Virus record (IMG/VR): IMGVR_UViG_3300028197_000982
Location: 1-64,000 of that record
Source: a virus
Reading direction: 5' to 3' (one strand)
DNA length: 64,000 bases
Shown: positions 57,152-64,000 of the stretch, piece after piece
Numbering within the stretch: position 1 is the stretch's first letter
Layout: every line of letters begins with the position of its first letter
Program-made: the position numbers and the translations under genes
Notes under the pieces: model-generated
What the model was told of the DNA's origin: nothing
What the model saw: only the letters and a program-made list of their open reading frames with translations
The model's database searches: none

Positions 57152-57916
57152 ATGAAAACAATACTAAATTTTTCGGAATTTGTAAATGAAAATTTAAATG
57201 AAGAATCATTTTCTGATTTTAACAAGTCTTCTGGTTTTAAAATGGATTCTAAAGCTAAAAGTACATTAAAAAAATTAAATGTAAATCCTACAAAGTTAAA
57301 GGATGCATTTGATGATTACAGTAAAATCATGAAATACTTAGATTCCAATGGTAAAAAGATTGGTACTGTATCAATACCTAACCCAGGAAGTAAATCAAAT
57401 CCTGAATTTATGTATACTGTTTATGATACTGATATGTATGGCAAAGTATTAACAGGCGATGGAGATTCAGTATTTATTGAAATGGTAAAGGAATCACTTA
57501 ATGAAGGTGAATTTCCATCTTGGGTTGATAAAGGTAGAGTAGACTCTCTCAAAGATATGTTTGCTTATATTGGTGGTGATATTCAAAATGCTGATGGTTC
57601 AGAGCTAACAGTAGCTGATGTTAATAAAAATTACAAACCAGCTTTAAAATATCTAGGAGTAAGATCTATTGATGATATGGGTATGATTGCAAGTTCAATT
57701 GATAATGATGATATGTTTGATGGTGCTGATGCAATAGATAAACAAATGAAAAGTTCTAACTTTCTTGGAGATGATAGAGGAAAGGGAATGAATCCAACTC
57801 CATACACTGCTGCATATAAAGGAATGGTAGGAGATATGAAAGTAATTATAACTCAAGATATTAATGGAGAAAATACTTTTGTATTTGCTGCAACCAAAGG
57901 AGGAAAACTTAAATAA
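57152..57916 (+). CDS. Putative head-internal protein
   Basis: MKTILNFSEFVNENLNE; internal ESLNE separates two domains. Confidence 0.65.
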   Translation: MKTILNFSEFVNENLNEESFSDFNKSSGFKMDSKAKSTLKKLNVNPTKLKDAFDDYSKIMKYLDSNGKKIGTVSIPNPGSKSNPEFMYTVYDTDMYGKVLTGDGDSVFIEMVKESLNEGEFPSWVDKGRVDSLKDMFAYIGGDIQNADGSELTVADVNKNYKPALKYLGVRSIDDMGMIASSIDNDDMFDGADAIDKQMKSSNFLGDDRGKGMNPTPYTAAYKGMVGDMKVIITQDINGENTFVFAATKGGKLK

Positions 57917-57919
57917 AAC

Positions 57920-59191
57920 ATGAAACATATAAAATTGTTTGAAGAGTGGCTGACTGACAAAAGTCAGCCATTTTTGTTTGAAGGTGGTGCCGCTGGCCAC
58001 ATGGCTCACCCATTTGATGATAAGGATTTAACCTTTGGTGATTTTAAGGCAATGATAGATTCTGGTCTTAGAGGTGAATTAAACTTTGAAGAAGATGCTA
58101 CTGAAAAGACTGATGGGCAAAATGCATTTGCTACTATTCAAGACGGTGAAGTTAAATTTGCAAGAAACAAAACAGAGTTAAAGAATCCAATGACTCTTTC
58201 TGAATTTAAGAATAAATTTGAAGGGCATCCTAGTAAATTAGTACAAGATACTTTTCAATTTGCCGCACAAGATTTAGCTAGGTTACTAATGAACCTTTCA
58301 CCAGCTGACCAAGAAAAGTATTTTAAGAATGGAAAAGACTTTATGAACATGGAGTTAATCTATTCACAAAACCCTAATGTTATTCATTATGATACAGACG
58401 TTATTCAATTTCATGGTATAAAGGAAACTGATGGAAATGGAAATATTACAGGTACTAATAATAAACCTGCAAAAGAAATTGCAGATATACTTAAAAAGGT
58501 TGAATCTGATATTGGTAAAACGTTTAAAATAATTCCACCTAGAGCTATCAAATTACAAAAGGATTTAGATTTTACTACAAACAAGAAAAGATTTATTAAT
58601 CAAGTTAATGCTTTAGAAAAAAGATACGGTTTAACTGATAGTGATGAAGTTGCTAAATATCACGAAATGTGGTGGAGGGAAATGATAGACAAACAGTTTC
58701 CAAAATTATCACAGGATGTAAAAGAAGGCTTACTTAAGAGATGGGCGTATGGAGATAAGAAGAGTTTAAACATGAGATCTCTTGCTAAACAAATTGGACC
58801 TAAGGAGGCTGCGGTGGTTAAAAAGTTTGATAAAGAAGATGTTGCTAAAAAGTATAAAGAAAACATTAGACCTTTTGAAGATCTGTTCTTAGAACTAGGA
58901 TCTGTAATTCTTAAAAATGCATCTGACTTTTTAGCGGTTAACCCGTCCGATGAAGCACAAAGACTAAGATCTCAAATACAAACAGCAGGGAGCAAGATTA
59001 AAAAGACTGGCGGTGCTGACCAAGTAAGAAGAGTAGAAGCTGAATTAGCAAGGCTTGATAGAATTGGTGGAATAGAATCCATATTTCCAACCGAAGGGAT
59101 AGTATTTAAATATAAAGGAAAAATTTACAAACTTACCGGTACATTTGCTGCAATTAATCAGCTATTAGGTATCATTAAGTACGGTAGATAA
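57920..59191 (+). CDS. ATP-dependent ligase-superfamily (RNA ligase-like) nucleotidyltransferase with CTS-like N-terminus
   Basis: MKHIKLFEEW; GHMAHPFD; motif I TEKTDGQN; III MELIY; IV TEGIVF; V YKLTG. Confidence 0.65.
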   Translation: MKHIKLFEEWLTDKSQPFLFEGGAAGHMAHPFDDKDLTFGDFKAMIDSGLRGELNFEEDATEKTDGQNAFATIQDGEVKFARNKTELKNPMTLSEFKNKFEGHPSKLVQDTFQFAAQDLARLLMNLSPADQEKYFKNGKDFMNMELIYSQNPNVIHYDTDVIQFHGIKETDGNGNITGTNNKPAKEIADILKKVESDIGKTFKIIPPRAIKLQKDLDFTTNKKRFINQVNALEKRYGLTDSDEVAKYHEMWWREMIDKQFPKLSQDVKEGLLKRWAYGDKKSLNMRSLAKQIGPKEAAVVKKFDKEDVAKKYKENIRPFEDLFLELGSVILKNASDFLAVNPSDEAQRLRSQIQTAGSKIKKTGGADQVRRVEAELARLDRIGGIESIFPTEGIVFKYKGKIYKLTGTFAAINQLLGIIKYGR

Positions 59192-59278
59192 AATAGTAGA
59201 TACACCTATATAGATCACCTGTATTAAGAGTTAATATTTGTAGTATTTGTATATACTCTGAAAGTAGTAGAGTATGAT

Positions 59279-59308
59279 AAAGGATAGGTATGTGCTGTCC
59301 TTTTTTTT
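59279..59308 (+). terminator. Rho-independent terminator
   Basis: AAAGGATAG-loop-CTGTCC followed by T8. Confidence 0.75.
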
Positions 59309-59327
59309 ATATAGCTATTTAACTAAA

Positions 59328-59336
59328 GAATATATA
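59328..59336 (+). promoter_or_regulatory. Late promoter-like motif GAATATATA
   Basis: After the terminator, upstream of 59360. Confidence 0.65.
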
Positions 59337-59359
59337 AATTGACAATATAAAATAAGCAA

Positions 59360-62300
59360 ATGAAAGAGTTAACTCAAATTTATAAAGATGCAGGCCAACA
59401 ATTAATAGAAGATCTTTTTAAAGATTATCTCGTAGTATCCGAAAAACTATCTGGTTCTTCATTTTCATTTAAGAAAGACGGTGAAGGGATTACTTTTTAT
59501 AAAGGTGGAAACCAAAAGCCTATTAACTTAATTGATAGGACTATAATGGTTTATTATGAAAAGCCTATTAATTTTATAAAATCTGTAACTAGCAAAAATC
59601 TTTCTTCCATTCCTGAGAATTGGAAGTTCTGTTTTCAATATTTTGTAAATACTAATCCTGGTATTATTACTTATGATAGGCTACCTAAAAATAATTTAGT
59701 ACTTACTCATATTAAAGTGATGACGCCAGCCGGTAAAGTTACAAAGGTTATAGAAGATCCTAGAGTAATTAGAGACTGGGCAAATGCGTTAGGTGTTACT
59801 CCACTACTTCCATTATTTAAAGGTTACTTAACAGAAGATCAAAAGAAAAAAATAAAGGAATTTTTAGACACGCCAAAAGAAGATCATGCTGAAATTTTTA
59901 GTACTAATTCTTTTGCTGAATATTTACTTAGAATTTTAAATCCTAATATTCAATCAACAACTCTACAAAATGATCTTAAGAAGCCTATAGAATCTATTGT
60001 ATTTAAATTTTATAAATCTGGTACCAAACAAGTTATTGCTGCTAAATTAATAGATCCCTATACAATTAACCTAATGAAAGAAAAGGAACCTATCGATATG
60101 AGAAAGGCTCCTGCTGATATTAATGAAATTATTCTATTAGATCTTTTAGCATTTATAGAAGAAAGAGGAATTAAGAAGCATGAGATTTTAGGTGATGCTG
60201 AAGATACAAGATATATTGAACTAGTTTCAAATATATTTAATGACTATGTAACCAAAAGAGGTAAGGATATTGCAAAGATTGATATTGAAAAGGCTGATTT
60301 TGCTAAAGGTAAAGAATTTGATTTAAATGTAGAATTAATACCAAGCCAAAGAACTAAAGATATCCTTAATAGTAATCCTAAGCTAAAAGACTTATTTAAA
60401 ATAATACTAGGTTCTTTAAAAAAGAAAAGAAAGAATGCTGGTAATATTATGACGCCATCTGTTATTGAAGATTTTAATAAAATGGTAGATAAAGTAACTG
60501 ATGTAATTCAAACAAAAGATGATGGTAAATTTAAAACTTTTGATGATTACTTAAAAATTAAATCTACTAATGAATCTCTTTTGCCTAACGCTGAAGAACT
60601 ATTAATTGAAGATAAAGTTTTAGACTATAACAACTTTATTAATTTAGGTAAAGTTATTGTAGAAGATAGTAGAAAGAGTGGTGAAATTTGGAAAACCTCA
60701 ACAGGGTTTAGAGGGCAGGATGCTAACGGTGATAGAAAAACATTTAAGTCTAAAGAACAGACTCAATCGTGGATAAAAACCGGAAGAGAGGATGTTAATA
60801 AAGAACCTACTGAGAAAACCAAAGAATTTGATATTTCTACAATTGATAAAAAGAAAAGCCCTGGGGCATTTAAACTAGCATCAAAATTAAATAAAGTAAA
60901 AGATCCTAAACAAAGAAAAGAGGCAGAGAAAGTAATTAAGTCACTAAACGATTTTGAATCTGCTGATACTGATGCAGATAAAAAGAAAGCATTAGAAGAA
61001 CTAATTAAAAATGGTGACCTTAATAGAAATGCAACTGGTTCTAAAACAGATAAAATTTACTTGGGCCAGCCAAAGGACAATGATAAATTTAGAACAAACC
61101 AAAAAACTGGTTTGCCTTATAAAAATTCAATAGGTGGTGATAGTTCTAAGCTTACTAACAGTATTCTTGATGAGGCTGATAGATTAGGTGTATCTTTTCC
61201 ATTAAATGCTGAGTCTAAAAGAATGGCCGGTGCAAGTGTTGCCCCTAATGCCATACATGTTGATGAAAAAGGTAAGCCAGCAAAACCAGCTAAAATAGAA
61301 ACAATAGAGATTAAAGGTAAAGGTAAACCTGGTGATGATGATTATGAAGCTCCTGGTGTTCAGTTAGGTGGTAAAGATGGTTTAGTTATAAAAGAAACCC
61401 CACCACTTACTGGCAGTCAAAAATCTGATTTAAAAGAAAAATTTAAAAAGGCAGATCCAACAAGAAGCGATGCCGAGATAAATAGGCTAGTATCAATTAA
61501 TGAAGAATTTAGAAATCAAAATAATAAAAAATTAGAAGCCATTAGATCTGGTGAGTTAACTATTGCCCCAATTATTAGAGAAGATGGTTCTGAGGTTAAT
61601 GTATTTGATAAAAAAGGACAAAAGGAAGCTGTAGGTATAATTGCAAAGAATATGACTTCTAGGATAGATGATCTTCTTTCAAATCCACCAGGTTATGAAA
61701 AGAGTCCACAATTACAAAAAGGATTAGATAGTTTTAAAAGTGCAGGTGAAGATTTTTCTAGTGGTAAAATATCAAAAGAAGAATTTAAAAAAGCATCTGA
61801 TGAATTACTTATAGAACTAATGAATGATCCACAAGGTAGATATGGGGGTCCATTTTTACAAGAGACTCTTTTAATGGCAGAAGGATTAAGTGAAGGTCGT
61901 GCTGTGATATCACCTTCGTCTGCTAATTATAAAGTAGCAGACTTAGTAACATTTGATTCAGCTGAATTACCTGCTGATGCTACACCAGAGCAAATTAATG
62001 ATTATGTACAACTAATGTCTGTTTCAGGTGGACCTACATCAATTAAACAGGGTAAAGGTGGAGCAAGTTCTTCTAATTCTAAAATAACCGCTACTGAATA
62101 TGCAGACTATACAGATAATGATGGTAAAGTTACAAAAGGTGCTGATGTTAGACAAGATTTAGAAAATTTAACATCAAAAGGTTTTGACAATATTTGGAAT
62201 ACACCATCAGCTCCTAATAAAGATGGTAAATTTGAAACTTTAGATAAGTCTATAAAAGAAGGCGAAGAATTAGCCAAAAAATATGGGAGCACTGAGTTCT

Positions 62301-62869
62301 TAAAAGATAAAGGCATAATTCCATTATCTAAAAAACAGCAAGAAAAATATGAAAAGAGAGCAAACCCTAAGAGAATTGAATCACTAAAAGAAAGTTATGC
62401 TAAAAAGAAACCACCTATCGAACTATCGGATGATCAAGCAAAAGAGGTATTAATTAAAAGATGGCACGCAACAGATATAAATGGTTATTTAATGATGGAT
62501 ATTAATAATAAGCAACAAATGGCCCAAAGTTTTACCAATATATCAAGATCTGTAGAACCAGTGAACGGTGGTAATTCTGCAATGTCAGAAGAAGATGCAA
62601 AGAGAGATGACAATATTGTAAAAGATTCAAAAGGTAATCCTATTCCTATTGTAGATAAAGATGGGGTACCAGAAACAACTAGTAAAGGTACACCTAAATG
62701 GAGGAGACAAGAGAAGGTGGTCAAACAAGAAACTAATGGAATATCTCAATTAGCTTGTATGGATTATCAATCAACACCAGACTTTACTGATACGGGTAGA
62801 CCAACTAATAAAATGCCAGCATTTGTTAAAAAATGTTCTGATGAAAATAAGTGGATAGGAGATTCTTAG
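59360..62869 (+). CDS. Multidomain protein: N-terminal Rnl2-like RNA-ligase fold, C-terminal region with possible PD-(D/E)xK nuclease
   Basis: VSEKLSGSSFSF, PLLPLFKG, IESIVFK, AAKLID; C-terminal QETL...NYKVADLV...SIKQGKGGASS. Confidence 0.55.
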   Translation: MKELTQIYKDAGQQLIEDLFKDYLVVSEKLSGSSFSFKKDGEGITFYKGGNQKPINLIDRTIMVYYEKPINFIKSVTSKNLSSIPENWKFCFQYFVNTNPGIITYDRLPKNNLVLTHIKVMTPAGKVTKVIEDPRVIRDWANALGVTPLLPLFKGYLTEDQKKKIKEFLDTPKEDHAEIFSTNSFAEYLLRILNPNIQSTTLQNDLKKPIESIVFKFYKSGTKQVIAAKLIDPYTINLMKEKEPIDMRKAPADINEIILLDLLAFIEERGIKKHEILGDAEDTRYIELVSNIFNDYVTKRGKDIAKIDIEKADFAKGKEFDLNVELIPSQRTKDILNSNPKLKDLFKIILGSLKKKRKNAGNIMTPSVIEDFNKMVDKVTDVIQTKDDGKFKTFDDYLKIKSTNESLLPNAEELLIEDKVLDYNNFINLGKVIVEDSRKSGEIWKTSTGFRGQDANGDRKTFKSKEQTQSWIKTGREDVNKEPTEKTKEFDISTIDKKKSPGAFKLASKLNKVKDPKQRKEAEKVIKSLNDFESADTDADKKKALEELIKNGDLNRNATGSKTDKIYLGQPKDNDKFRTNQKTGLPYKNSIGGDSSKLTNSILDEADRLGVSFPLNAESKRMAGASVAPNAIHVDEKGKPAKPAKIETIEIKGKGKPGDDDYEAPGVQLGGKDGLVIKETPPLTGSQKSDLKEKFKKADPTRSDAEINRLVSINEEFRNQNNKKLEAIRSGELTIAPIIREDGSEVNVFDKKGQKEAVGIIAKNMTSRIDDLLSNPPGYEKSPQLQKGLDSFKSAGEDFSSGKISKEEFKKASDELLIELMNDPQGRYGGPFLQETLLMAEGLSEGRAVISPSSANYKVADLVTFDSAELPADATPEQINDYVQLMSVSGGPTSIKQGKGGASSSNSKITATEYADYTDNDGKVTKGADVRQDLENLTSKGFDNIWNTPSAPNKDGKFETLDKSIKEGEELAKKYGSTEFLKDKGIIPLSKKQQEKYEKRANPKRIESLKESYAKKKPPIELSDDQAKEVLIKRWHATDINGYLMMDINNKQQMAQSFTNISRSVEPVNGGNSAMSEEDAKRDDNIVKDSKGNPIPIVDKDGVPETTSKGTPKWRRQEKVVKQETNGISQLACMDYQSTPDFTDTGRPTNKMPAFVKKCSDENKWIGDS

Positions 62870-62887
62870 TATTAATTTGATAAGAGT

Positions 62888-62896
62888 GAATAAATA
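62888..62896 (+). promoter_or_regulatory. Late promoter-like motif GAATAAATA
   Basis: Upstream of the ATG at 62909. Confidence 0.65.
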
Positions 62897-62908
62897 AAAA
62901 AAGTGTAC

Positions 62909-64000
62909 ATGGATAATCTAAAAAACATACAAGATTTTATAACAGAAAAAAGAGTTACTGTTAAGAGGAGATATACTGAAAGACACCCAGCTAAAAATGT
63001 ATCTACTGCAGCTAGAGTTCGTTCTGCTATTTTAGATGCTGTTTCTGATGGTCATTTAACCGAAGATGAAGTTAATAATATTCTATCTGAAATTAAAGCT
63101 CATAAAAGATGGCTTAAAAGAAATGTAGGATTATTTAATATTAGTGAAGATGAAACTGGAGTTAAGAGATATTCTTTATCACCTTATGGTCATAGAGTAA
63201 GAACCGCAACTGCCCCGATTAATGAGGCTTTAAAAGTTCCTCATAAAGAACAAGGTAACAAAAAGGTTAATATGTTTGTTGGTAGATTCCAACCTTTTAC
63301 ATTAGGTCATGTTAAAGTATTTGAAAAAATGTACAAAGAAAATGGAAAACCTGTAGTTGTATTTTTAGTTAGAGGAAAAAACAACGATCCTGAGAAAAGA
63401 CCGTTTGATGAAGAAATGCAACAAGCAATGTTTGCTAAGATGGCAAAACAATATCCATTTTTAGAAACTGCTATTGTAGTTCCTAATGGTTCAATTGATA
63501 CAATGTTTGCAGCTGCAAGGCCTGCTTATGAACCTGTGATGTGGGGATATGGGACAGATAGAAAAAAATCATACGGTGCAATGATTGACAAACAATCATA
63601 CCGAGATCAATTAGGTGTAGATCCTGATTTTAAAGGATATGAAATTTTTAGAACTGATGATAACATTTCAGCATCCAAAGTTCGTAATGCGTTAAAGATA
63701 GATGATGAAAAGACTTTTAAGAAAATGACTCCTAAAAGCATACATAGTTTTTATAAACCATTACAAAATATATTAGAACCAATAAAAGAAAATAACAATA
63801 TGAAAAATTTAAAATCACTAACAAGTTTTAGCATTGACGAATCTTTGAATGAAGGTAAAAAAGCTAAAGCAAAAAACCCTAATAAAGTAAACACTATAGA
63901 TGTTGATTTATCTGGAGACGATTCAGATATAATGGATGCAATTAAATCATTTAATCTAAAGGTTAAATCTAACGGAGCCAATAAAGGAACAGGGTATGAT
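62909..64000 (+). CDS. HxGH/cytidylyltransferase-family nucleotidyltransferase (NMNAT/PPAT-like), 3' truncated
   Basis: Translated by hand because it is absent from the ORF track (no stop in the window): MDNLKNIQDFITE...FVGRFQPFTLGH...GYGTDR...ISASKVRNAL... Confidence 0.85.
   Translation, partial: MDNLKNIQDFITEKRVTVKRRYTERHPAKNVSTAARVRSAILDAVSDGHLTEDEVNNILSEIKAHKRWLKRNVGLFNISEDETGVKRYSLSPYGHRVRTATAPINEALKVPHKEQGNKKVNMFVGRFQPFTLGHVKVFEKMYKENGKPVVVFLVRGKNNDPEKRPFDEEMQQAMFAKMAKQYPFLETAIVVPNGSIDTMFAAARPAYEPVMWGYGTDRKKSYGAMIDKQSYRDQLGVDPDFKGYEIFRTDDNISASKVRNALKIDDEKTFKKMTPKSIHSFYKPLQNILEPIKENNNMKNLKSLTSFSIDESLNEGKKAKAKNPNKVNTIDVDLSGDDSDIMDAIKSFNLKVKSNGANKGTGYD

Noticed and set aside
59192-59327. 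tRNA or known ncRNA in the intergenic gap
   Set aside because: Only a small hairpin (59253-59275) and a terminator are visible. No cloverleaf or T-loop consensus was seen here or in other gaps, though tRNAscan was not run.
63751-63981. Minus-strand 76-aa ORF at the window end
   Set aside because: It is the shadow of the + strand nucleotidyltransferase ORF that starts at 62909 and runs off the window.
1-64000. Stop-codon reassignment as seen in some large phages
   Set aside because: Long genes are intact in code 11, and TAG (50794, 59191, 62869) and TGA both end genes at sensible positions.

Overview
This AT-rich (about 30% GC by eye), densely coding window is almost entirely on the + strand. 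It comes from a large T4-like (jumbo-type) myophage that uses the standard code. The host is most likely Bacteroidota (Flavobacteriia): the phage carries a Flavobacterium-type bS21, Bacteroidota-style beta-barrel proteins and A-rich starts without Shine-Dalgarno sequences. Layout: 1-9.7 kb is accessory and host-takeover genes (outer-membrane barrels, bS21, HAD phosphatases, PspC, lysozyme-like enzyme, DnaJ, DNA ligase, dCMP deaminase). 9.7-50 kb is virion morphogenesis (collagen fibre, gp53/gp27/gp5/gp13/gp25/gp6-like proteins, large baseplate and fibre proteins, one with a Hint domain), interrupted by ribosomal protein S1 and an amidoligase. 50-55.5 kb is replication and recombination (RuvC-like, GroES, gp32, primase, UvsY, UvsW). 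55.6-64 kb holds predicted head-internal proteins. Two recurrent promoter-like motifs are visible: (G/T/A)AATAWATA and AAAC-N17/18-TATAAW. The best candidate for an undescribed system is a set of late proteins tagged with a T4 capsid-targeting-like sequence. It includes two adjacent RNA-ligase-fold proteins (one with a possible nuclease domain), an HxGH-type nucleotidyltransferase, a HAD phosphatase and a pro-peptide-masked membrane-active peptide, which together suggest a packaged, injected enzyme kit. All assignments come from motif recognition by eye; no database searches were run.
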